This document shows, piece by piece, positions 1-12,129 of a DNA stretch of 64,000 bases (its first letter is position 1; the number at the start of each line of letters is the position of its first letter). The stretch comes from Rhina ancylostomus (Eukaryota), in NCBI GenBank assembly GCA_030265395.1, contig JARFYF010000061.1, positions 13,016,653-13,080,652 of the forward strand, in the 5' to 3' direction. The position numbers and the translations under genes are program-made. The notes below the pieces were generated by a model. That model worked only from the letters and a program-made list of their open reading frames with translations. It made no database searches and was not told the DNA's origin.

Positions 1-1369
1 TGAGGTCTTGACTGGGGAAGGCTGCAGAATGGTTGGGTCCACAAAGGGTGGGCTCAAAGCCCTGGGCAAGGCTGGTGCTGAACTCCCCCGTTTCCCCATG
101 ATATTGTATGCAGTCTTGCAACCACATCAGCCAATACTCCCAGCATTTCTTGGTACATATACATCAGCTGCCTGATTGAAGTCTTTATCTGATCCCTCTA
201 TAGTGGGATTTGTATGCAGTCTCTCTCTAGGGCACTGGTAGCTGATCCGGGCTTGTTACATGGTGGCTGCAGATCCCCCATAAATGCTTGTGTGCACCAG
301 GATATTTGAAGGATATTCATTGCACCCCAAAAATGGGTGGCAATTATCTCCGTATCTGACCAACTGGGGCTTGGAAACTCTAGCAGGTCCCAGGACTTTT
401 GATGCTTGGTGGTACACAGTAGCCACTGGAACACTGGAACCTGCCAAGCTGCTTCACCTAGTCCTGTTGTTCCTCAGAAAGGGCATCTTTCTCTTGTTCA
501 GAACTCGCCTGGATTCGTTGTTTTGTGCACTGGCCTGAGAATTGGAAATCACTACATGACAAATTGAAGGCAAGTACAAAGCTTTACTACAGATGTCTAT
601 GATGGGACAGATTTAAACTTTAGTCAGTCTCCAGGAAAAAATGAACAAAAAGCCTGGTGGATCATCCTCAGCTACACCAGTTAATGGGGAACTCAGTTTC
701 TTTCTTGCTGGGTGAAGCCTTGATGGTGTGGCTAGCATTAGGGATATTTACAGTTAGATTAAAGTACATCCTGTTCTGTCTAAAAATAGAGATTGAAAAT
801 TATAGTTGAAGAAATAGACTCAAACACAATTGGATGTTTGATTTGAATTCCTGATGAACTTAACATTCTGTTTCACTGATTGGGGGCGGGATGGAATCCA
901 TTTGGGTGCAGAGCTGTTGAAAAAATTCCAATAGATCTGTACACATTGGAGGGCATTCGGGTCCTCCCCTGCTTAGAAACACTGACCTATCTGCAGTCTG
1001 TGGATATGAACGAGCATTTAGCAGAGCAGCAGGATGGATGTGCTGGCTGCTGCCGGGCTGCAGGTATCTTCTGCCTGGTGGGAACTCTGCTCACGGCCGC
1101 ATTTCCGGCTTGTGAACTGTTCACAGGAATGCAACCCTGTCCTCCCCTGACCCGGGGGAGGACCTGTATTAAGAATATTTATTGTATTTACTTTATTCCA
1201 TGTATTGGAAGATGGAATAAATATTCTTAATATATCCTCCAAGAAGTATAGAGCTATTTCCTATCATGTGTTACAGGTCACATGATAGTTTACACTGAGA
1301 GTTTTTAAGAACTAAATTTGAAGCCTGGTGCTGTCCCATGTACCACTGCACTTTTAATTGATTCAATTT

Positions 1370-2110
1370 TTATGATCTGAGCATCACTGGCAAGGCCATC
1401 ACTTATGGCCCTAGAGAAAGTGGTAGTGAGCTGTCTTCTTGAACCACTGCAGGTCTTCTGGTGGAAGCACTCCCACAGTGCTATTGGGTAGAGACTCCTG
1501 GGATACAGACCCAGACGTTGAAGGACATTTCNNNNNNNNNNNNNNNNNNNNNNNNNNNNNNNNNNNNNNNNNNNNNNNNNNNNNNNNNNNNNNNNNNNNN
1601 NNNNNNNNNNNNNNNNNNNNNNNNNNNNNNNNNNNNNNNNNNNNNNNNNNNNNNNNNNNNNNNNNNNNNNNNNNNNNNNNNNNNNNNNNNNNNNTGGGCT
1701 ACTTTGTCCTGGATGGTATCGAGCTTTTTCAGAATTGTGGAAGCTGCACTCTTCTGTGCATTTGGAGAGTATTCCATAATGCTCACTACTGGTGCCTTGT
1801 AGATGGAGGAAAGGCCATGGGGTGTCAGGAGTTGAGTCTCTTGCTGCAGGATTCCCAGCCTCTGACTCACTCATTTAGTCGCTGTATTTATGTGGCTGGT
1901 CCAGTGAAGGTTCCAGTCGATGGTGGGGCACATGGTGATGATAATACCATTGAATAACAATCTAACTCTCTTGTTGGAGAGATGATCATTGCCTGAGACT
2001 TTTGTGGTGTGAATGTTGCTTGCCCCTTCTCAGCCCCTGCTGATATGTTGTCCAGGTCTTGCTGCATGCAAGCATAGACTACTTCATTAGCTGACGAATT
2101 TAATGTTGGA
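1370..2110 (-). mobile_element. Decayed CR1/L2-group LINE, RT C-terminus and 3' end (split by N gap)
   Basis: Minus-strand peptides QQDLDNISAGAEKGQATFTPQKSQAMIIS and SIMEYSPNAQKSAASTILKKLDTIQDK are typical of non-LTR RT ends. Confidence 0.75.
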
Positions 2111-3327
2111 ACCTGATTTAAATCATAGGACTGCAGAGAATTAGTGTGGCCTTGAGGATAGTGTGTAGCGAGAGGGTGGATCAAGCACAATCCAACCTGG
2201 TAGAATTGTAACTGTGAATTAGGTTCAGAGTAAGTCAAATTGTTATGTATTTTGTTTTTTTAAAAACAACTCCTGTTAGAATCTGGCCCTGCCTTCTAAA
2301 CTGAACCCACCCCCAGAGTTAATGAATCAACTTTGGAAGTTCCTGCTCATTTGTGACTCAGCAAGGAGAATGTTGGAATTAAGGTCATTCTTTTGAATGT
2401 CAAGAAAATATCCTAAACAATTTTTATTCTACCTTGGTATAACTAGCAATTTTTTGTTTTCCCCGGTCATTTTCAGCCTTTTAAAATTTGGACTATCACT
2501 ATTGATGGAATGACACCATGATTTAAAAGCTTATTCTTTTGTGAAGAACCAATCTTCAGTGTACCAGTCAATGAGCTTTCTTAAGTACATGGAGGAGTTT
2601 TTTTCTTTAAACAAATATTGAGCTAAAGGAACTTCTGAAAACAATGTTTAAATAGAATAGCCCTAAATGTTCNNNNNNTGAAGCATGTGGACTGGTTGTT
2701 TTCAAATACTGCTACAAAAAAGTATTCTTCAATCATATGCAAAACATTTTCAACTATTGTCATGCTAGGTTTTATTATAATGAATTGATATAGAATGGTC
2801 AGATAGATCAGCTGTTCTCTTGTGTATGAATCCATGCAGGAAGAATATCATTCTATTGCAAGATAATGGAGGACTGGCGGTGAGATGGAGGGGAGTGATT
2901 CAATTATACTGCTTCAGCATCATACCACTTCTAGTTTATGGATGTCAAGAGAACCATGAAGTGGAATTCCATCCTAACACTCACTTGGAAATTTCACGTT
3001 ATTGACATTATTATAGTCTCAAATTCATTTTAAAGTATTCATTTTTTTTACTTGCTCCTCTCTAACAGGCAGCCCAAACATGACAGCAATTCAAATCTCT
3101 TTCACTCTGAATGAGAGAGGGGAAAGGGGAATCTTTCTCTTAAAGTGGATCTCTTCCTCTCTTCCTTAAGTGGGAACATATGTACACATGCTCACTCACT
3201 CTGATCGGCACAAAACACAATACAATTTGAGGTGAAAATGGTTCAAATGTTGTTAGCTTTTTCCCTTATCCAATACAATCAGTCAGTTCAAATTCCCCAG
3301 TAACTGAGAGGTGGTTGATCGATAAAA

Positions 3328-3555
3328 GAGGGTTTCCTCTGGGTACTCTGATTTCCTCCCACATCCCAAAAGTGATAGTATTTGATCACTGTAAGTTTGC
3401 AAGAGTATGTTGATGAGTGGTAGAATCTGAGGGGTGGGGGAGCAGATGGGAATGTGGGAAGAATAAAATGGGTTAGGAAGTGTCAGTGTAAATGGGCGCT
3501 GGACAGTTGTTGCTGAGTTGGTGCGTGCAAGGGCCTGTTTCCTTCTCTCTACTCA
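3328..3555 (+). mobile_element. HE1/V-SINE, 5'-truncated
   Basis: V-domain-like gggtttcctctgggtactctgatttcctcccacatcccaaa and CR1-type tail gggcctgtttcc. Confidence 0.75.
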
Positions 3556-5002
3556 GTGAAGTTTACCTCTGTCCTTTTTGTTATCATTCAACGTCAAGTA
3601 TCTAGGATTCAATATGCAATAAGGAGAACCTTGTCTTTATGTAAAACCTTCTATTCTCAGCAAAACAATGGGAGAACTACCATAAGTGCATCTAACACAT
3701 GTTGCCTGACATTATATTATGATCCATCATCACAAATTTGGCATATTAATTATAAACAAATCTTCAGTTGAATTTCTTTTACCTTGTATAGTATTCATCA
3801 ACCCATGAATTGAATCTAGCTGGTGTCAACATGTGTGTTCAAGGTAACAGTATAATTTCTAATTAACTACTTAAAACCATCCTAATGGAAAATAGCTTGC
3901 AGTAATGTCCTTATCCTTATCTTTATTCATAAATTTACTTGTATGGTCTTCTGAATATCAGGAAACAATTTCTCTGCTCCGGAGGCTCAAGATATAGTTT
4001 TTGTGTCCACTTGAGCAGAGTCCTCTTACATCACTATATTTCTACTTTATTTCCAATATCTTGCTCATAGTGCCTGACCTTCTATAATTGGCATTAGACC
4101 TGGAGACCAAAATATGAATTGTTTTTACTCTGCCAGTTTGATGAAGGAATGTGCAATTAAATTCTGATTGACCTGAGTTCTGTTTGATCAACTGTAGAAC
4201 TTAACGACCTTAAAAAGCACAACTCCAACAAGGTAGCCAAATGTATTTTTACATTTATAATGTAAAACTCCTAACCTTGCACATCAGTATCTCATTGGAT
4301 CTGTCATGAGCAGTGCCAATGTTGTTCAATTGGAAGAGGTGACTTGGCAAGGTTTATGATTATAGCAGAAATACATTAGATCAATTCATTAATCTTAGGA
4401 GAAAATGCTATAGATTCTTTCGTAAAACAGTGACCATCTTTCTTTGCATGTAGTTTTCTTTTAATATGCTGCCACCATTTAGTAATTTTCTGCTAAGTTG
4501 CGAGAGTATTTTTTGATCAGTTTGAGGGCATTATTTTCTTGGTTGCTAAATAGTGTTGGTATATTGGAGTAATTTGCTTTAGGTTATCAGTAATATCTGA
4601 TCTATTACAGTGAGTATCAGCAGAATCAGGGCAGCATCCTGACTGAACCAGCTCTTGTATTTACCAAAGGTCCGCATACAATCAATGTCCTCAGGACTGT
4701 CTTGTGTTCCCCAACAATGCCTGAAGTAGATCTTTCCACTATTCCTTCTTCCCTGAGAATTCCTTACTCATAGAGTGTAGCAGTGGATTCTTATTCTTTG
4801 GAACTCAGCACCTTTTGTTCATAGAATATGGGCATTGCCGACAAAGAATTTATTGCCCTGAGGAGATGGAAACAAACAGCCTTCTGCAACCACACAGGGA
4901 AGTTTGTGATAACAGTGACTGTTTCACAGGGCAGTCAACCACTGTTACCGGAATCACATACACTTCAGACTGGGCAGGGGCAGCAGAGTTTCTTCCCTGA
5001 AG

Positions 5003-5196
5003 TAAATTAGTGAACAGATGGATTTTTATTAGTTTTGCGGTCACTTTTACTGATGCAAGCTTTTTGTTCCAGATTTATTTAATTAACTGAATATAAAATC
5101 CCCAGCTGACATGGTGGGATTTGAACTCTTGTCTTTGGATCATTAGGCTGGGCCTCTGGATTATTTATCTAGTAATATAAGCACTTGGCTACTGTG
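5003..5196 (-). mobile_element. tRNA-derived SINE, 5' part
   Basis: Reverse strand has a B-box-like GAGTTCAAATCCCACCATG; same family as the 43660-43940 copy. Confidence 0.65.
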
Positions 5197-7529
5197 CCAT
5201 TTATGGAGATGGATCCACCTGGAGTATTCAGAAATTTCCATGTAAAATCCTGAGTCTTCGGGAATTCTTTGTTCATTCATTTGTTTTCATTGCGGAATAT
5301 TGCATAATGATAGTACCGCAGCAGGGTCTACTCATTTATCAATGGTGTCATAAAACCTTTCTCCCTCTCCCACCATCACCGGCTTCTCGTTATTCCATTT
5401 CCTACTCTATTCATTTTCCCTATGTGAATGCAGGCACTGTGAATGGGCTATTTGATTGTATGGGGGCATCATAGTTGGGTTTGTGAGCAGGAGCTGCTGC
5501 TGTTTTATTTCCCCATTCAGTTGGGGAGGTCTGTGCTTGATGCAGTATCTGAACCGTGGGGTTGTGATTGAATGAGGCGAACTCCGAGCAGACACTGGGA
5601 CCTTTTGTGACTTAATGACATTTTCATTATTTTCACTGTCTGGGGCATATATAGGAAATTAAGTTTGACTGTTTTTGGAGGTCCATATTAATCACATGCA
5701 AATTATGCACAGACATAAGCATCCTTAATCAGCATAATTATTATTGATGTCAGGGCCCCTAGTGGCTCTTCTTGCATTGTCCTCTGTGCCTATTTAGTAC
5801 TTTGACATCTTGGTAATGGTAGTACGGAGATTGGCTTTGTGAGGAAGCCCAGCTTTACACTCCTGTTATTTTTAAAACTCAAATGAGCAAAGGTGAAAAA
5901 AAATTGTCTTTACCTCCTCCTCCCCGATTTATTTTCCACAAGAGTAGTGGTGTAATCTTCCAGAACGATTGCAGCAATGATTTTAATAACTACCATGTGC
6001 TGTGTTCCTGGAAACTTACCGGTGCTTTTCCAACTTTGTCCATTCATTCCATTCTTTCTATGATTCATGGAAAACCCATTTATGAATGCAAAGTGGCCTT
6101 CTGCACTCCACCTGAAAGTTTGGAGTTTGTCTTAACCAATCTGTAGGAACTAATACTGGCACCTGTGGCCATCTGTGCAGTAGCACAAGCAACGTTTCAG
6201 CGAAGCGTTTTCAAATCCACATACAATGGATCTCTTAAGTTTGCGGCAGGATTGAAATATTTGAATTAACTGCTCTCAGTCAAAGACGATTGTTTCTGAC
6301 AACGATGTTCAGAGTTGGGAAGCTCAGCAGTCAGTCGCCGGCAGTCTTTGACCTTCCAATTACATTCTTAGGCCATGTGAATAAAAACTCATTTCTTCAG
6401 TGTTTTCTGCAGCTGTGTCTATTCATCAGTTTATAGAAATTCTACATCAGCCTGCCCTGGAGGAGCAATCTACCCCATTGCAACCCATAGCTATCCATGC
6501 ATGAGCCCAGACTCTGTTACATATAGTGTGCATATTTGTGCTAACCAGATATGGCTGCTTTATATGAAGATGGTAAGCCATAATGGACCAGGATTTGCAG
6601 TTGGAAAAAGGCTGACAATGTTTGCCATAATATTTGCATAAATTGTACTTCAGACAAGGAACAGATGTACAGTTAAACTCCATCATCTAAAATACTTTCC
6701 CAGTTGTGCAGCTTTGATGTAAGCTTTGCAAAAATTGCATTTTACCATCTGTCCCTATTTGTCATTGTTTTATACCTAAAGTAATACTTCTGAAGGGTAG
6801 CCAATGTTGTGATGAAGGACAGGCAATTTGTTCACAGCATGGTGATCAGATGACTGTTGAACGTCATGAAGTTGTGATGTTTGTCCTGTAGAGATGCACT
6901 TGAAACTTGCCGTAGAAAATTAGATTNNNNNNNNNNNNNNNNNNNNNNNNNNNNNNNNNNNNNNNNNNNNNNNNNNNNNNNNNNNNNNNNNNNNNNNNNN
7001 NNNNNNNNNNNNNNNNNNNNNNNNNNNNNNNNNNNNNNNNNNNNNNNNNNNNNNNNNNNNNNNNNNNNNNNNNNNNNNNNNNNAGTGTATCATTTTGATT
7101 TTGGAGAGATTTGTCCAATCTTCAGCAATGGTTCTTTAACAAGTGGCTCTGTTGAAACACAGTGCAGTTGTGCTGTTGGTGCAGTCTGTGAGCTGAACAC
7201 ACAACCAGAATACCTCTTCCTCTTGTTTTCATTTTGAATACCTGCACCACTTGATGACTAAAAATTCCATTCATGTGGATACATCTCAAACCTGCAGGGA
7301 GCCAACAAAATTGGCATAACTTGGTAGGGAGGACCTGAAATGCAGGCAGCATTTGCAGACGCAGTCTTAACATGCATGTTTGTGGAAAACAAGTGGACTG
7401 CTTCGTGTAATGCTGATCAAAATCTAAAATTTCCACTGCAGGGGAGCTTGCCATGCACTAATTTTGATTTTGAACATTGAAAATCTGAATTTCTGAGAGT
7501 AAGGGGGAAATTCTTTAGGGGGAAAAAGA

Positions 7530-7810
7530 AGGGATGGTTCACTCGAGCAAAATTTAGGAACAGGAGTTTAGACCATTAAGCCTCTTCATTGAGATTATAG
7601 CAAATCTGTGACCTATATCAACCTTTGTTCCCTAATCCATTACTGCCTTTAGATAGCAAAATTCTGTCAACCATAGCTTTACAGTTAATTGACGCATTGT
7701 CAATTGTTGATTGCGTCAGAGTTCTGAATATTGAATATCCACTTGGTGGAGAAGTGTTTCCTAAACTTATGACAAAGACATGGGTTTAATTTTTAAACAA
7801 AGGTTCCCAT
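7530..7810 (-). mobile_element. Decayed CR1 3' end
   Basis: aggaacaggagt...gaccattaagcc...ggagaagtgtttcctaa matches the reverse complement of CR1 tails elsewhere in the window. Confidence 0.55.
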
Positions 7811-7909
7811 TCCTAAACCTTCCCAAACCCGGCCACCCACCAACCAATCGATCCTAAAGAAGCCAATCTATCCATGAGACTGGGTGAAGAGTTGGGATAA
7901 GGTCCTTCA

Positions 7910-8600
7910 AGGAAAAAACTGAAGATGCTGCAAAATTCAGAGCAAAGAGATAAAAATGCTGGAAAAGCAGGTGAAGCAGCTTTAGTGGTGCGAGAAACAG
8001 AGTTGATGTTACAGATTAAAGGCCCTTCATCGGAAATGGAAAAATGAGGCAACAAGCTTATTTTACTTTGCAGAGAGGGGAAGGGGTGCAGAGAACAGAG
8101 GGCAAGTCTGTAATAAGTACAGACCACAGTTGTCAAGGTAGAAATGCTTTAAAATCTGGCATTTAGAGATGGTAGGAAAAAAAATAAACTGACTGAAATA
8201 GAAAGTACAGCAACATCTGTGGGGCAAGGAACAAGCAGTCAGCTAAAATTGTTACACTCAATGTTGATTCCTGAGAATTGTGGCAGAAGATGATGTGCTG
8301 TTATTGGGTTTGTGCTGGAATATGGAGGAAGTCCTAAGACAAAGGGGTCTGAGTGGGAGTGGGGCCGAGATAAAGTGATGGGCAGCTGGAAGCTCAGGAT
8401 AGGTCTTGCATATTGAACGGAGGAACAAAGTGGTCACCCAGTCTGTCTTTGGTTTCTCCAATGTACAGGAGGCCACATTGTGAGTACCAACCTCCACACA
8501 GTAAAATGGAAAAAGTGCAAGTAATTGCTGCTTCACCTGGAAGGACAGATTGGGTCCTGAGAGGAAGTAAAAGGACAGGTTCTGCATCTTCTGCAAGTTC
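7910..8600 (-). mobile_element. Penelope-like element fragment (GIY-YIG endonuclease plus terminal repeat)
   Basis: Peptide SQCGLLYIGETKDRLGDHF is a PLE GIY-YIG signature; terminal repeat toward 7910-8040. Confidence 0.8.
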
Positions 8601-8619
8601 CTGGTTCACTCTTCCATCT

Positions 8620-9300
8620 CAACTAATCACACACTGTCCCTTGCATTTTCAGGAGGTTTTGTACCTGCCCTTCTAACTCTTTCTGTCCCTTTTTTCAGGG
8701 ACACAGATATTCCTTCCAGGTGAAGCAGCATTTGCACTTCTTCCAAACCTGTGCATTCAAATTGATGCCCCCACAGTGTGATCTCCTGTGCTTCAGAGAA
8801 ACCAATCTGCTGCAGATTGGCTAACTGCTTTGCAGAACACCTTCATTCCATATGCAAGACCCACCCTGAGTTTCCACGTCACTTTAATTCTCTATGCCCC
8901 TCTGACCTCCTTGTTTGTAACATAAACATCTTTCCAATGTAGTTGAGGATCTACAACTCATTTTGCATCTGGGTATGTTCAGCTCTTGGGACCCAACATT
9001 GCACTGAACAATTTCAGGTAAACCTTTTCTCCTCTCGTCACAGATGTGGCTGTATCTTTCTGTTTTGGTTTGTTTCCTTTTACTTATTCTTTTACTAACT
9101 GCCAGCTTTTAAAATAATTGCTTCCTTGACTATTTTGGCCTGCCCCCGACCACGATGACCTCTTTATTCTCTCCACCTTCTCTGCAAGTTAAAACACGAT
9201 GATGGGTCCTCGACCTGAAATGTCATCACCGCCTCTGTTCCCTCTGATGCTGCTTGACGTGCTGAGTGCTTTCAGCGGTCTTTATAGTTATTTCTGAAAG
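8620..9300 (+). mobile_element. Penelope-like element fragment, inverted relative to 7910-8600
   Basis: tccttccaggtgaagcagca...gagaaaccaa...actgctttgcagaacacc mirrors the minus copy; terminal gatgctgcttgacgtgctgagt. Confidence 0.7.
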
Positions 9301-9896
9301 ACAGTAAGTCTTACAGTCCTGCTTCCACTGTCCTTGGTATTAAGTGAGTTATTGAGGAGAGTATGAGCAAACCACAAATGCTCAAAAGAAAACTTTAAAA
9401 TGTACTTGAGGTAGAAAAAAACTTTGGGCAAACCAGAATCTCGATGGATCTCAGGGTGGAAATGGTGGAGCAATGCAGTGTGAATTTAGGGAATGGGAAT
9501 TGTGCCTGAGGGCTGGAGGTTGTCAAATTCTACTCTGCTGTTTTATATAGAGAAAAGGTACAATCCCAGAAATGATAGACCAGTTCATTTTAACAGTGCA
9601 GCACAGACTACACTTCAAAAGTAATTTATTGTTTGGAATTACAAAGAATGCTGAATAAGTATGCAGTTCCTTGCTTTAATTCAGCTAAACTTCCAGAGTT
9701 CAAATACAGGTTGAAATTGGCAAACAGAAAACCATTCAATGATCATAATAGCCTAGAGTTATAAAAACATGGATTATGTCTGATAATTCAGTTAAATATT
9801 TGAAGAAATCAAAATTGAAAAGAAAATCTTGTATTTTTTTTATAGTGCTTTTTTAACCTTTGGCTATTTCAAAGCCTTTACACCAAATAAGAACCT

Positions 9897-10250
9897 GGAT
9901 GGCACAATGAGGCAGCTAGTAGAGCCGCTGCCACACAGCACCAGAGACCTGGGTTCAATGCTGTCTGTGTGGAGTTTGCATGTTCTCCCTGTGACTGTGT
10001 GGGTTTCCTTCCCTGTGTTCTGGTTTCCTCCCACATTCCAAAGTCAAGTGGGTCGGTCGGTTGATTGATTGGCCAATGTAAGTTTTCCCTCATGGGTAGA
10101 TTAGCGGTAGACTCTGGGGGGAGTTGATGAGAACGTGGGAGAATTTTAAAGAATGGGATTAATGTAGGATTAGTGTAAATGGGTGTTTAATGGTTGGTGT
10201 GGACTCAGTTGGCCAAAGGACTTGTTTCCATGTTCCATCTTTCTATGACT
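9897..10250 (+). mobile_element. HE1/V-SINE, near full length
   Basis: tRNA-like head (tggcacaatgagg, gggttcaat), V domain gtggagtttgcatgttctccctgtgactgtgtgggtttcc, CR1-type tail ending ctatgact. Confidence 0.88.
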
Positions 10251-10259
10251 CTACTTTGG

Positions 10260-10610
10260 AAGTATAAATACTTTCAGAATATAGGGAACACTGCAGCCAT
10301 TTTCACTAAGTAAGCTCCCACAAACAGAAATCTGATAATTGTCAGATGATCTCTTTAGTGATGTTAATATAATCTGGGAAGAACTTCTGTGTCCTCTCAA
10401 ATAATGCCAGGATATCATGTCAGTACACCTGATAGAGAAGTTATGGCTCTGGTTTAGTGAGCCATCTGAAAGGTGGCTCCTCTGGCAGTGTAGCTTTCTC
10501 TCAGTAGACCACCAGAACATTAGTCTGCAGTTTTGTGATCAGATCTCTGGAGTGGGACTTCAACCCATAACTTGGAGGCTGGAGTGAAAACTCAACTAAC
10601 CAGCTCAAAT
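10260..10610 (-). mobile_element. DeuSINE (SacSINE1-like), decayed
   Basis: Reverse strand resembles the Deu core (ctttcagatg...aaaccaga...caggtg...tgtttgtgggagctt) with a tRNA-like head gggttgaagtcccactccagaga. Confidence 0.7.
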
Positions 10611-10723
10611 TGACGATTCGGTAAATGATGAAGATCGCTCAACTCACAAGAGATTAACTTAAGCNNNNNNNNNNNNNNNNNNNNNNNNNNNNNNNNNNNN
10701 NNNNNNNNNNNNNNNNNNNNNNN

Positions 10724-12115
10724 GTGATAGGTTGTCTATGAATAGGAATTTGATCAGAAGTGGTCCCTGTCTATTCCCAAAAGCAGAAAAGTCAGAGTTT
10801 CCAGGATTGAGTAATAAACTGAAAGAAGTAAGAAATCTGCCACATTATAAATACCAGTCTGATAATTCAACAGAGAATTAAGATGAACACAAGAAATAGT
10901 TGAAAGACTACACCAAATATGTAGGTTCTTGACATCTTCCTTCTGCATCTTAACGACCTAGGGTTTGACAGTGAGGCCCAGTGAGGAACAAAATGGCGAT
11001 CAATTGGTGAAGGTGGAGGAATGTCTGACGTACTTTGCATTGGGATTTACTAACATAAAGGGCTTTGCCGAAGCCACGTTAAACGGTTATGCCAAAGGGC
11101 TGGATGAAAATGGAAGAGTTATTGATGGGCTTGCACTTCCTGCAAATGATGTCACTAACTTCTATAGGATGGAGCCTGAACTGCTGAGTGGAATTGAGTT
11201 GCTTGTCATCTTCTTCCAGTTCTTCTCTGACATAGGAGTGATGCCAAAGGTTCCAAATGTTATGTCCTTGTTCATAAAAAGTGTGGCGAAGGATGAACTT
11301 GGTAATTCTATAACATCAGTCTAATCGTGGTGTTAGGGAGGCATTTAGGAAGAATAAGCTAGGAGAATAATAACATTGTGACAAACATGAACTAATGAAG
11401 GAGAGCTATTACAGATTTAAGGGCAACTCATGTTTGATTAATATGATTGAATTTTTTGATGAAATGATGGAGGGGAAGGGTTGGAATAGTGTAGTTGATA
11501 TCGAATATACATTATTTCTAAAAAAAAGTTTGATAGTTTTTAGATAAAATTTAATCCTTTGGTATAAAAAGCGCAGAAATGGCGGGGCTACACTTGTCTA
11601 AGGAATAGAGAAAGAGTTCTTGTGAGTAAATTTGGATCAGTGGAATACATGTAATTTCCCAGCCTCGGTTCATGGAACTGCTGTTGTTTCCGATATACAT
11701 CAATGAGCTGGAGTTGCATTTGCAGGTCACAATCTTGAAACTTGTAGAATAACACAAGTTGGAAGTACAGTAAGTAGTAAAGAAGACACAAATGGATCTG
11801 AGCAGCACAAAAACAAGCCAGTGTAATGGATCAACACAAAGGCGATGAGATCACCGCAGGAAGGTGACAGATGATACATTTTGGTAGAAAGAATGAAAGG
11901 AGATGGCAGCTGTTGAATGGCGCAGTTTTACAAAGGGTGTGGAAAATGCATGAAGGTGTTTGCGTAGAAATCTTTGAAGGTGTAATGATAGCTTTAACAA
12001 AACATATAGGATGCTGGGCTTCACAAACAGAGGTGCTGTGTACAAAAGCCAGGAAGTGACACTAAACCTACACATCCACCATTCACATGCCCCTGGAATG
12101 TTGAGTAACATTTCC
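10724..12115 (+). mobile_element. Old decayed CR1 ORF2 (host of nested insertions; continues at ~13575-13690 and ~15012-15340)
   Basis: Peptide LTYFALGFT...IFFQFFSDIGVMP...NVMSLFIKS..KDELGN resembles the CR1 pre-RT region; IHFGRKNE follows later. Confidence 0.7.
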
Positions 12116-12129
12116 AAGAATCATGCAAG

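Noticed and set aside
1-540. GC-richer block with short ORFs (similar blocks at 28430-28750, 32640-33050, 44690-45130)
   Set aside because: No identifiable homology or exon structure; left unannotated.
9897-9965. tRNA gene suggested by A/B boxes
   Set aside because: It is the tRNA-derived head of a SINE, with no cloverleaf.
10965-11324. 119-aa ORF as a possible novel gene
   Set aside because: Matches the decayed CR1 ORF2 pre-RT region; no splice or start context.
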